Below are positions 10,409 to 21,677 of a stretch of DNA of 64,000 nucleotides, in pieces. The notes below the pieces were generated by a model, which had not been told where the DNA came from, ran no database searches, and worked only from the letters and a program-made list of their open reading frames with translations. The stretch's first letter is position 1, and every line of letters begins with the position of its first letter. Both the position numbers and the translations under genes were made by a program. Source of the DNA: an uncultured Acidobacteriota bacterium (GTDB lineage Bacteria; Acidobacteriota; Blastocatellia; RBC074); contig CAWCKY010000004.1 in assembly GCA_963796275.1 (NCBI GenBank), forward strand, positions 960,001 through 1,024,000, read 5' to 3'.

Positions 10409-13048
10409 ATGATTCCGATCTGGCTCATCAGATTCATCGGCGTGATCGTACCGCACCGCTTGCGCGCCGATTGGCGGCAGGAGTGGGAAGCCGAACTGCG
10501 TAACCGCGAAATATTGTTGGCCGAATGGGACAGGCTCGACTGGCGAAGCAAACTAGATCTGCTGCGACGCAGCATCGGTGCGTTCCGTGATGCGTTGCTG
10601 TTGCAACCGCGTAGATTGGAGGATGAAATGTTTCAAGATTTGAGATATGGCGCGCGAATGCTGCTCAAGAATCCCGGCTTCACCGCCGTGGTGGTACTGA
10701 CGCTCGCGCTGGGCATAGGCGCAAACGTGGGCTTCTTTTCAGTAGTCAATGGCGTGCTCCTCAATCCACTGCCTTTCCCGCAGCCAGAGCAGCTTATAAC
10801 GCTCCACCAGAGCAAACCGAACTTCGCGACCGGCGCCATACCCTACCCGAATTTTCGTGACTGGCAAAAGGAGAATCAGACCTTTTCCGCGATGGCTATT
10901 TCGCGCGGGGCCAGTTTCATCCTGATCGGCACTGGTGAAGCCGAGCAGCTTCCAGGGCGGTGGGTCTCCTCGGACTTCTTCACTGTGCTGGGCGTCAAAC
11001 CTCAGCTTGGCCGGAACTTCGCGCCGGGCGAAGATGAGCGCGGCGCCGGCCCGGTGATACTGATCAGCGCAGAGTTTTGGCGGCGCAAATTCGGGGCTTC
11101 GCCGGATGCGCTGGGCCAAAAGCCTGGCGTTGGACAATAAGAGCTACACGATCGTAGGCGTGCTCCCGGCGAGCTTCACTCTGATTCGCGGCATCGATAT
11201 CTATGCGCCCATCGGCCAATGGGACAACCCCGGGCTGCAGAATCGCACCTCGGCTTTGGGTCTTCACGGCATTGGCCGCCTCAAGCCTGGCGTAACGCTC
11301 GCACAGGCGCAGGCTGATTTGGATGGCGTAATGCGGAGGCTGGCCGAAACCTATCCCGATGCCAACCGAGGCAATGGCGCGGCGCTCGTCCCGCTCAAGG
11401 GAAGGTTGGTTGGCGATGTCGGGCCGATTCTGTGGATGCTGCTCGGTGCGGTTGGGTTCGTGCTTCTGATCGCGTGCGTGAATGTCAGCAACCTGCTGCT
11501 CGCGAGGTCGCCGGCCGGACGCGCGAATTTGCCATTCGCGCCTCGCTGGGCGCGACCCGCTGGCGATTGCTGCGCCAATCGCTGACCGAGAGTATGCTGC
11601 TTGCGTTAGCCGGAGGCGGATTGGGCCTGGCAATCGCCGGCTGGTGTACGAAGGCCGCGCTCGCCGCGCTCCCAACCACGCTGCCACGCGCGGAAGAGGT
11701 TGGGCTGCATGGCCGTGTCCTGGTTTTTACTCTGGCTATTTCATTGCTGACCGGATTGTTATCCGGGCTGGCTCCTGCGTTGAAGTTTTCACAGTGGCGT
11801 TTGGCGGACACACTCAAGGAAGGCGGCCGTGGGGCGGGCGGCGGGCGCCACCGTGCGCAAGGCATCTTAGTCGCGGTAGAGATGGCGCTGGCGCTCGTCC
11901 TTCTCATCGGCGCCGGCTTGATGATCCGCAGCCTCTCTGCGCTATGGAATGTTGATCCGGGCTTTCGTCCGGACAATGTATTGACATTCGGAATTCGCTT
12001 CCCGCCATCGATAAGAACCGCCAGCCCGGAAGCGATACGCACCAACCTGCGCGAATTGAGCGACAAGCTCAGTTCCCTGCCTGGCGTACAGGCCGCTTCA
12101 TTCTCGACAGGCGCGGCACCTCTCCAGGGTGAAGACGATCTGTACTTCTGGCTCGATGATCAGCCCAAACCTGAGAGCACTAGCGAGATGCATATGGCGC
12201 TGATCTACCGGGTCGAACCAGGCTACCTGACGGCGATGGGCATTCCGCTCAGGCAAGGCCGCTTTTTCACCAATCAAGATGATGAACGATCTCAGCCCGT
12301 CGCTGTGATCGACGAGGTCCTTGCTCGCCAATATTTCCCGAATGCAAACCCTATCGGCAAGCGAATCAATCTGGGTGACGACAGAGGTGCGCGGCAAATA
12401 ATTGGAGTGGTCGGGCACGTGATGCAGTGGAGTCTCGATTCGAATGACTCGGAATCGCTCCAGGCGCAACTCTATGAACCATTCAGGCAAGCGTCGAACA
12501 ACCCTTCCGGCGTGGGGGTGGTGATACGCGCAAAGGGGGACATCGGGCCTGGTTTCTCCGATATGGTTCGCCGGGTCGTCCTTAGCCAGCACGGCCAGAA
12601 TGTTATCTCCGGCCAGCGAACAATGAATGAGGTGATCGGCGATTCGCTGACCCAACATCGATTCTCGATGATCGTGCTCGACGCATTCGCCGCAGTGGCG
12701 CTCCTGCTGGCCAGCATCGGCCTCTACGGCGTCATCTCCTATCTCGTCGGCCAGCGGACAAACGAACTCGGCATCCGCATCGCCTTGGGCGCCGGGCGCA
12801 GAGACATTCTGCGTCTAATCATAAATCACGGGATGAAGATGGCGTTGGGCGGAGTGGCGATTGGGCTGATCGCCGCCCTCGGATTGACCAGACTAATGAA
12901 TAAGATGCTGTTCGGTGTGAGCGCGACCGACCCGGCGACGTTCGCAGTCATCGCGTTGTTGCTTGTGATGGTAGCGCTCGCGGCCTGCATCGTTCCAGCA
13001 TGGCGGGCGACGAAGATAGACCCGATGGTGGCGCTAAGGTGCGATTAA
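10409..13048 (+). CDS. ADOP-type permease, two frameshifts (~11117, ~11510)
   Basis: ORFs 10325-11140, 11106-11585 and 11432-13048 join into one full-length ADOP; error versus pseudogene undecidable. Confidence 0.75.
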
Positions 13049-13052
13049 ATAA

Positions 13053-13170
13053 GTCGGTTGTCGGTACTCGGAAGCCGGTTGTCGGTTGTCGGTTGTCATT
13101 TGCTCAAACTATCAAGATCGGTGTCTCAGATGCGCACCCGATAACCGACAACCGACAACCGACAACCGAA
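13053..13170. repeat. Heptamer-repeat inverted element (GGTTGTC)n ... (GACAACC)n
   Basis: ccggttgtcggttgtcggttgtc ... accgacaaccgacaaccgacaaccga between two ADOP genes. Confidence 0.85.
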
Positions 13171-13192
13171 CGTGGTGAATCCTCCTTCGCTG

Positions 13193-15905
13193 ATGGCTGA
13201 TGCGACGCGGACAACTCGCTTTCGTTTCTGGCTCTGGCTGATCCGCGCCATCGGCGTGATCGTGCCACACCGGCTACGCTCAGACTGGCGGCAGGAGTGG
13301 GAAGCGGAGTTGCGGAACCGCGAAACGTTATTGACCGAATGGGGGAGGCTGGACTGTACCCCACAAACTCGATCTGCTGCGGCGAAGCATCGGCGCGTTT
13401 TGGGATGCGCTGTTCCTGCAACCACGAAGATGGGAGGACGAGATGATTCAAGACCTGCGTTTCGCCGTGCGAATGCTGTTGAAGAAGCCTGGTATCACGT
13501 TTATCGCGATACTGACCCTCAGTCTGGGCATCGGCGCCAATACCGCGATCTTCAGCGTCGTCCATGCTGTGCTGCTCAAGCCGCTTCCCTATGCGGACCC
13601 GGAAAGACTGGTGATGCTCTGGGAGAGCAGCGAGAAGATTGGCGGCGAGTTTGACGTGCGGATAAGTAACTTCCTGGCCTGGCGGGAAGAGCAGCAGGTG
13701 TTCGCGCAACTCGCGGCTTATCAGTACCAGGATTTCAATCTCTCCAGCGGCAACAGGCCGGAGAGGATTCAGGGCGTGCTCGTAACCGCAACCCTGTTTT
13801 CGCTGCTCGGCGTGCAACCGGCCGCGGGGCGCAACTTCCTGCCGGAAGAAGAGCGTTATGGCCAGCATCGCGTCGTCATCGTCAGCCATGACTTCTGGCG
13901 CCGGCGCTTCGGCGATGATCCACAAACGCAAGACACTCAAGGCTGGCGAGAGAGGGCGCTGACGCTCAATGGCGAAACATATCGGGTGATCGGCATGATG
14001 CCCGCGGGCTTCGAGATCGCGCGTGGTGGTGGGATGCCGAAGGGACTGGCGTATGCACCTCGCGCCGATTTGTGGACGCCGATTCCTTTCAAACCGGAGG
14101 ATCGCGCAAACATCAGGCGTTATCCGATAGTCATCGGACGGCTGCGCCCAGAGGTAACGATGGAACATGCGCAAAGCACAATGACGGAGCTGGCGCGGCG
14201 GCTCGACCCGTCCGAACCTCATAAGATCGTGAAGCTGGTCGCGCTCAGCGAACAGTTGACCGGCAAAGTCCGCCCTGCGCTGCTCGTGTTGCTCGGCGCG
14301 GTCGGCCTGGTGCTGCTGATAGCCTGCGCCAACGTCGCCAATCTGAAACTGGCGGGGACTGCCGCGCGGCGGCGCGAATTCGCACTGCGCGCCGCGCTGG
14401 GAGCCAGCCGGCTACGTCTCGCGCGTCAGGTGGTGACCGAAGGGCTGCTGCTTTCCGCGTTAGCCGGCGCGAGCGGATGGCTGCTGGCGCACTGGTTCCG
14501 CAACCTGATCGTGGCATTTCAGCCCCGATGACTTGCCTCGCGTGCATGAAATCGCGCTCGACGGCGCTGTCCTGGGTTTCACGCTTCTGGCTTCGATCCT
14601 AACAGGCATTATCTTCAGTCTCGCACCCGCCGCGCGTTTTTCGAAACCGGACCTTAACCAGGACCTGAAGCCTAGCGGCGGAAAGATGACTTTGAGCCTC
14701 TCCCGCTTCAGCATGGGCAGTCTGCTGGTGGTCGCGGAGGTTGCGCTGGCGCTTGGGCTGCTGCTCGGCGCAGGACTTCTGCTCAACAGTTTAGTGCGGC
14801 TCCAGCGCGTCGATCCGGGCTTCGACGCGCGCAACGTCGCTGACGATGCAACTCTCTCTGCCGCAGCCGCAATATTCCACGGGGGCCCAGATGGAGAGTT
14901 TTCACCGCCAAACGCTGGAACGCATCGAAGCGCTGCCCGGCGTTGAGGCTGCCGGGCTGATCAATGAGCTGCCGCTCGGCGGTGGCGACATGGACTTTCC
15001 GGAATTCACGATCGATGGGCAGGAGTCGACACCAGGCGCCTACTGGTTCACCAACAGCCTGAGCGTCGTCAGTCCCGGTTATTTCCGGGCGATGGGAACT
15101 CCGCTCGTGCGCGGCCGGTTATTCGACGACCGCGATAGCGAGCAGTCGGAGCGCGTGGTCATCGTCAACGAAGCGGCGGCACGACGCTACTGGCAGGGCC
15201 GCGACCCGGTCGGCAGCCGCATCAGCGCATTGAACGCTTTTTTCCGATTCCTCGTGGTCGGCGTGGTCGCCGATGTCCGGCATCAGGGGTTGGAGAGCGA
15301 AACCAATCCGCGCGTCTATCTGCCTCACACGCAGGTGATGGATCGGATGAAGACCCGACTGCTGCGCTCGATGACGCTGGCCTTGCGCTCCGCCCATCCC
15401 CGCTGAACCCCTGATCGCGGCCGTCCAGCGCGAGGTCAGCGCAGTGGATCGAGAACAACCCGTCTCGAATATTCGGACGATGCGACAGGTGGTCGCCGCT
15501 TCGGTAGCCGAGCGCAAGTTCACGACGGCGCTGCTCGGCGCTTTCGCCGCGCTCGCCCTGCTGCTCGCGCTCATCGGTATCTACGGCGTCATGTCTTACG
15601 TAGTCACGCAGCGCACGCATGAGATCGGCATCCGCGTGGCGCTCGGCGCCAGAGCGAGCGATGTCATGCGCCTGGTGATCAGGCAGGGGATGAAGTTGGC
15701 GTTCGCCGGACTGATCGTCGGATTGCCGGTTTCGTTCGCATTGGCGCAATTGATGAAGAGATTGCTGTATGGCGTGAGCGCGACCGATCCGCTGACTTTT
15801 GTGGCAGCGGCGGCGCTGTTGATGGGGGTGGCACTGCTAGCCGCGCTAGTTCCGGCACGGCGAGCCATGAAGGTTGACCCTGTGATTGCGCTACGCAGCG
15901 AATGA
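13193..15905 (+). pseudogene. ADOP-type permease with about four frameshifts (~13360, ~14520, ~14838, ~15398)
   Basis: Five consecutive ORF pieces each carry the expected ADOP segment in order; may be intact if the indels are assembly errors. Confidence 0.65.
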
Positions 15906-15908
15906 CTT

Positions 15909-18547
15909 ATGCGAAGACTATTGATCAGGCCACATCTGAGACTGATCGCGATGATTGGCGTCATCGTGCCTCGCCAGTTACGCGCTGATTGGCGGCAAGA
16001 GTGGGAAGCCGAATTGCGCTCGCGCGAATCGCTCCTGGCTGAATGGGACAACCTCAATTGGAGGACGAAACTCGACCTGCTGCGACGAAGCATCGGCGCA
16101 TTCCGTGATGCGCTGTTATTACAACCGAGACGATTGGAGGATGAGATGTTTCAAGACCTGCGCTTCGGCGTGCGAATGTTGATCAAGAATCCCGGCCTCA
16201 CGACGATCGCTGTCATCACGTTCGCGCTCGGCATCGGCGCCAACACAGTTGTCTTCAGCGGCGTCTACGCGATGCTGTATCAGCCGCTCCCCTATCCGAA
16301 CTCCGAGCGATTGGCGGTGGTCTCGCAGGTGAGCCGGGAGAAGGTGGAGTTCGGAGTTTCATATCCTGACTTCACAGCCTGGAAGGAACGAAACAGCTCG
16401 TTCGAGCGGATGGCGGTATCGCGCGGGATCAATGTCATTCTGGACGTTGGCGATGAGGTCGAGCGCGTGGCGGGCAGTCGGGTCTCCTCAGAATTCTTGG
16501 CTATCCTCGGCGGTCACGTCCAAATGGGCCGCGTCTTTCTTGCGGATGAGTTTCGTCCGGGCGCTTCCAAAGTAGTCATTCTCAGCCACAAGCTGTGGCA
16601 GGAACGCCTGGGTGCTGATGCGAACGTAATCGGCCGGACGCTTTAACTCGACGATCGGAGCTACACGGTCGTCGGCGTAATGCCGCCATCGTTCCTCTAT
16701 CCGTTTCGCTCCACCTTCTGGACGCCGCTCGAAGCCGAGGAAGAGTCCGCAACGCTGCTGGACGCAACGGCGAACCATTACCAGCTTATCGGTGCCCTCA
16801 AACCGGCGTAAGCTTTGCCGGCGCCGCGCAAGAGATGGCGGGGCTACCGCGCGCCTCGTCACAACAGAGAACGGCGGGACAGCCCGAATTGATAGTGAAG
16901 ATGGCTCTCCTGCGCGATACGATCCCCGGCCTGACGAAGTATCGAGCTCCCATATACGGGCTGCAACTGGCCGTCTTCTTCGTGCTTCTGATCGCTAGCG
17001 TGAATCTGGCCAATCTGCTGCTGGCGCGCAATGCGACCAGACGCCAGGAGTTCACCATTCGCCTGGCGCTCGGCGCGAGCCGGAGGCGACTCGCGCGCCA
17101 GCTGTTGGTGGAGAGCCTGCTGCTCGGACTGCTCGGCAGTCTGCTCGGAATTTTGCTCGCAGCGTGGGGGATGAACGCGCTGCGCGCTGCCGGGGACCTT
17201 CGATTGCCCGGCGCGGGCGAGATCGAAATCAACATGCCCGTACTGCTCATAGCTCTGCTCGTCGCATTGTTGACGAGCCTCGCTTTCGGGCTCGGCCCGG
17301 CGCTCGTCGCTGCGCGCCAGGATTTGATCGAATGTCTCAAATCTGGCATCACAGCCGCTGACCCGCGCAGGCGGCGTTTGAGCGGCATTCTGGTCGCGGT
17401 AGAGGTCGCGCTGGCCGTGGCGCTACTCACCGGCTCGGGATTGATGATCAGCACTTTTCTCAATCTGACAAAGGAAGACCCCGGGTTCAATCCCAAGCAC
17501 GCCGGAGCGGTCTCGATCTCTCTTCCACAATCGAACGAGGATGAGCATCCGGATCATGAAAGTCTGGCCTCCTATTTCGACGAGGCCATCAGACGGATAC
17601 GCGCGCTGCCCGGAGTCGAGTCGGTCGGGGGCGTGGCGTATCTGCCTCTCGTCGGCTATAACCCCGGCGTTGATTTCACGATCGACGGGCGCGCGTCAGC
17701 GCCAGAGGGGAGGCTGAGAGCAGACATCCAACCCATCACACCGGACTACTTCCAGGCTATCGGCATGCCGCTACTGCGCGGGAGACCGTTCACCGATGCC
17801 GAGATGAAGCCGCAACCCGATGTGGCGATCGTCAATAACGCGTTCGCTAAAAAGTTCTGGTCCGATAAAGACCCGATTGGCAAAAGTATTATGTTGCAGA
17901 GTGACAAGCTGCCTAATGGCCCCCTCGTCGTAGTCGGAGTCGTAGGCGATGTAAAGCAGTTCGGTCTGCATATGGAGCCCCGGCCTGAAATCTATTTGCC
18001 GATGCGCCGCCACTCGATGGCGCTGATCGTCCGCACTGCCGGCGATCCGGTTCAATTGGCCGCGGCTGTGCGAGAGGCCGTCCAGCAGCTGGATAATCGG
18101 GCGGCGATCAGCATGAGGACGATGGAGAATGTGGTGAGTCGTTCAACCTGGTCGCGGCGCACACTCGCTTTGCAGATGGTGACCCTGGGGGCGGTCGCGT
18201 TGCTGCTGGCCGCGATGGGAATTTACGGCGTGATCTCTTATCTGGTTGCGCAGCGCACGCGCGAGATGGGAATCCGCCTGGCGCTCGGCGCGCAAAGACT
18301 CGATCTCCTCCGACTCGTCATCGGGCAAGGGCTGATGCTGACGATGATCGGCGTCGCTGCCGGCCTGGTCCTCGCGTTCGCTCTGACGCGCTTCATTTCA
18401 AGCATGCTTTTCGGCGTGAAGGCGAATGATCCGATCACTTTCGTCGCGATTGCACTGCTATTGGCGGCCGTGGCCCTGATGGCGAGTTTTCTGCCTGCCC
18501 TCCGCGCGATGAAGGTCGACCCGCTCGCGGCGCTGCGACACGAGTGA
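15909..18547 (+). pseudogene. ADOP-type permease with in-frame TAA (16644-16646) and a frameshift (~16804)
   Basis: Reading continues LDDRSYTVVGVMPP after the stop; C-terminal ORF 16835-18547 ends DPLAALRHE. Confidence 0.65.
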
Positions 18548-18583
18548 CGCGAGATTCACCGCAAATCTCACAAAGTTAAATTA

Positions 18584-18618
18584 AAAGACACAGAAGAGAG
18601 AGGCTCTTCTGTGTCTTT
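18584..18618. terminator. Probable bidirectional terminator hairpin between convergent genes
   Basis: aaagacacagaagag - 5 nt loop - ctcttctgtgtcttt (15-bp stem). Confidence 0.65.
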
Positions 18619-18658
18619 CGCAATTCTGTGAATTTTGGGTGAATCCACTCCCTGATCT

Positions 18659-21034
18659 TTACTGACTTTCAACTGCTCCGATATCAGTGCCGCCCGGAAC
18701 CCCGGTATTGATCAGGTCGCTTCCGGGCGCCAGCCTGAGGAAATTCCCGAGGCTGATGCTGCCATCGGAGTTGCGGTTAACAGTGGGCGTGAGACTGATG
18801 AAATCAGCCGCGCTCACGACCAGGCCTTTGGCATTAACGCTCACGCCATTCTTCCACCAGCAGTTGGTGCTGGAGACGTCAGTACCGACAGTATGGTCGC
18901 TGTTGGTGCCCTGGAAGGAGAGGTTGTTGGAGAAGACGTGGGTGCCCTCGTCGAATTTGATGTTCTCCTCGCCGTTGCCCCACGAGGTGTTGTTCGTCAT
19001 CGTGATGCTGCCCGGATTCCGGTTGAAGGTGAAGCCATGCTTTTTGTTGCCGAAGGCTATCGAGCGCCTCACGATGTGATTGACCGCGATGTCCTCCCCG
19101 CCCAGTTTGAAACCATTGCCATCGCTGTCGGTGGTCGTACCGCCGCTCGACAGCGTCCCGTTGTTGTAAGCGATGCAATTCTCGATCGTCACAGCGCCGA
19201 TCGCTCCGGTGTCGTCCTGCGTGAAGAGGTCCCAGCCATCATCGATATTGTGATGGGCGATACAACCGCGAAAGACGTTGCCCGGCCCGGATGTCAGTTT
19301 GGAGGCGAACCCATCGGCATCTTCACCGTTATCCGGATCGAAATTATCGAAGGACGTACAGTTGAGGATCAGGTTATTGGAGGGCCATTCGCTCACGGGA
19401 GCGCTCGAAGAGTGGCGGCTGAGTTGCAGCCCTGTGTCACGGTTATGATGCGTGATGCAGAGCTCGATGGTGTTGTTGTTGCCGCCGATGAAGATGCCGT
19501 TGTCGCCGGCGCCCATGACTTCCAGCCCACGAAAATGCCAGAAGTGGCCGTTGAGCTGGATGCCTCGATTGCTCGAAGCGAACGCCTGTGCTGAGAAGTT
19601 CAGAATCGGCCTCTCGCTGCCGAACGCGTAGATTTTCTTGGTCTGGCCGGAGCTACCGTTGTTGCCGCGAGCGATAGTGACCGTGGTTGATAGGTTATAT
19701 GTGCCGCCCCGCATGAAAATCGTTCCGCCCGCCGCGATGCGAGTGACAGCCGAGGCCAGCGTGGCCGGCTGAGCCATCGTTCCCGGATTCGAATCGGTCC
19801 CGTTCGGAGCGACGAAAAGATCACCACCTCCAACCGGCGTGTCTACCGGCGTTGCGCTGACCTGACTTGAGTTGGCGCTCTGACCTGCGGAATTCACCGC
19901 GGAGACCACGAAGAAATAGGTCGTACCATTGACCAGCCCCATGTTGAGAAAACTCGTCGCGCTCACACCGGTGGCTATCGTCGTATATGGGCCGCCACTC
20001 GTCAGCGACCGCTTGACGTTGTAACTGCTCGCCCCCGCCGATGCGTTCCAACCCAACGAGACCTGCTCATCTCCCGCGTTGGCCAGTAGACCGGTCGGCG
20101 CTGGCGGCGGGTTTTGCACTCCCTGCGGCGTCGCGCTGATTTGGCTCGAGTTGACGCTCTCTCCGAAAGAATTCACCGCCGAGACTACATAATGGTATGT
20201 CACTCCATTCGTCAGGCCGGTATTGAGATAATTGGTGGAAGTAACACCAGTAGCGATGATGGTGTAGGGACCGCCGTTCGTGGTCGAACGCTTGACGTTG
20301 TAGCTGCTCGCACCCGTCGATGCGTTCCAACTCAACGTCACCTGCGCGTTACCCGGAGCGCCCGAGAGACCGGTCGGGATAGACGGAAGAGATACGCCGC
20401 CTCCCAGCAAGGAGATGAAAAAATCGTCGAACGATGCGCTCGCGAAATATGTCGCCCCGCCGATGAGCCCGGAAGTGTATTCGCCCTCCGTCGCATTCAA
20501 AAGCAGCGCGCCATTCACATAGCCGCTCAGAGATGAGCCCTGCGCGTCGAGACGGAGCGTGTAATACGTACCCGTTGTAAAATTGAATGACCTTGACGCC
20601 AGAATTATAGGTGCACTTCCCGCTCGCTTACCCAATACGAGTCGGTTTCCATTCTGCAGCGCCAGAAAATAATAATGGTTCGAGTTCACCACGCGCGTCA
20701 TCACACCGATAAAGCGATCGGCTCCGTTGAAGGCGATCGGCTTCACTCGCGCCTGTACCGAGATGTCGGTCCACGACGAGGACCCGGTCCTCGTATTCGA
20801 GTCCGCGCTCGTGCCTGATTGCCTGTAGGCCAGCGATCCATCCGTCACAACCGACCAGGTTCCGCTCGATCTCGTCCATCCGCTCGCATTCCCATCCTGA
20901 AAGTCGTCGCTGAACAATGTCTGGGTCTGGGCTGAAACTCCGAAGCCGATGAGGATGGCAAAAAGAGCTACCAGTATGGAGAGAGTGATTTTTTTCTTTC
21001 GTTCTATTTGTAGCTGGATACTTTCGTTTGTCAT
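18659..21034 (-). CDS. Secreted modular pectate lyase-like protein (PL9-type beta-helix) with N-terminal beta-sandwich and two Fn3 domains
   Basis: Signal-like N-terminus; two repeats of LSWNAS.GASSYNVKRS...GGPYT (Fn3); DADGFASK, DDGWDLF, DGNGFKLGG beta-helix lyase motifs. Confidence 0.8.
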   Translation of the reverse strand: MTNESIQLQIERKKKITLSILVALFAILIGFGVSAQTQTLFSDDFQDGNASGWTRSSGTWSVVTDGSLAYRQSGTSADSNTRTGSSSWTDISVQARVKPIAFNGADRFIGVMTRVVNSNHYYFLALQNGNRLVLGKRAGSAPIILASRSFNFTTGTYYTLRLDAQGSSLSGYVNGALLLNATEGEYTSGLIGGATYFASASFDDFFISLLGGGVSLPSIPTGLSGAPGNAQVTLSWNASTGASSYNVKRSTTNGGPYTIIATGVTSTNYLNTGLTNGVTYHYVVSAVNSFGESVNSSQISATPQGVQNPPPAPTGLLANAGDEQVSLGWNASAGASSYNVKRSLTSGGPYTTIATGVSATSFLNMGLVNGTTYFFVVSAVNSAGQSANSSQVSATPVDTPVGGGDLFVAPNGTDSNPGTMAQPATLASAVTRIAAGGTIFMRGGTYNLSTTVTIARGNNGSSGQTKKIYAFGSERPILNFSAQAFASSNRGIQLNGHFWHFRGLEVMGAGDNGIFIGGNNNTIELCITHHNRDTGLQLSRHSSSAPVSEWPSNNLILNCTSFDNFDPDNGEDADGFASKLTSGPGNVFRGCIAHHNIDDGWDLFTQDDTGAIGAVTIENCIAYNNGTLSSGGTTTDSDGNGFKLGGEDIAVNHIVRRSIAFGNKKHGFTFNRNPGSITMTNNTSWGNGEENIKFDEGTHVFSNNLSFQGTNSDHTVGTDVSSTNCWWKNGVSVNAKGLVVSAADFISLTPTVNRNSDGSISLGNFLRLAPGSDLINTGVPGGTDIGAVESQ

Positions 21035-21050
21035 GGGTTCTCCTTGGTTG

Positions 21051-21144
21051 GCGCGCGGGGACGCATCGCTTCCAGCTTGCTGAGATTCGATCATCGGCCG
21101 CCGGGTGAAACTCCGCACACTGGAAGCGATGCGTCCCCGCGCGC
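21051..21144. repeat. REP-like element, 25-bp perfect inverted arms, related to 10295-10397
   Basis: gcgcgcggggacgcatcgcttccag ... ctggaagcgatgcgtccccgcgcgc. Confidence 0.85.
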
Positions 21145-21677
21145 TCTTCATCGTTTCAGGGCGTCTTCATTCGAAGACTTGAGGGCTCCTCCTGTAGTTG
21201 ACGGGTTATACGTTCATCTTCTATTTTTCATCAATTGTCTCAATATGTAACTAATGCACTGAGACAAAGCTACTTAGAGGGACTGTTATCACAGAGAGTG
21301 TCTAGAAAAAAATATTGAGATGACGGCTAAATATCAGGACCAGGCTTCGACGGGAAGCCCTCGGGAACTGCAATAATGCCCATGAATGCAACTTTATAAG
21401 AACATCCCGGAAACAACTGCAACTTCATGGCTTAATTTCATCTTCCCTAAATGGCCACCCAGGATGATGCCAGTCAACTATGATTTGCAGCTATAGCAAT
21501 CAAATAATTAGGCTAACGGGATTTTGTCTTAACACGAGACAAATACTCCGAATCGGATGATTTGTCAACAGAGACCCAGATTATGATGAAAAATTTTAGA
21601 TATTTTAGACAGACAGGGTTTACAGGATTTTGGGGATTTACTTCAATCCTGCAAATCCCGTCTGTTTTCGATCGTTA

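Noticed and set aside
7559-18547. Integron, shufflon or diversity-generating retroelement explanation for the permease array
   Set aside because: No integrase, invertase or reverse transcriptase in the window, no attC-like sites, and leader differences are mostly synonymous rather than adenine-specific
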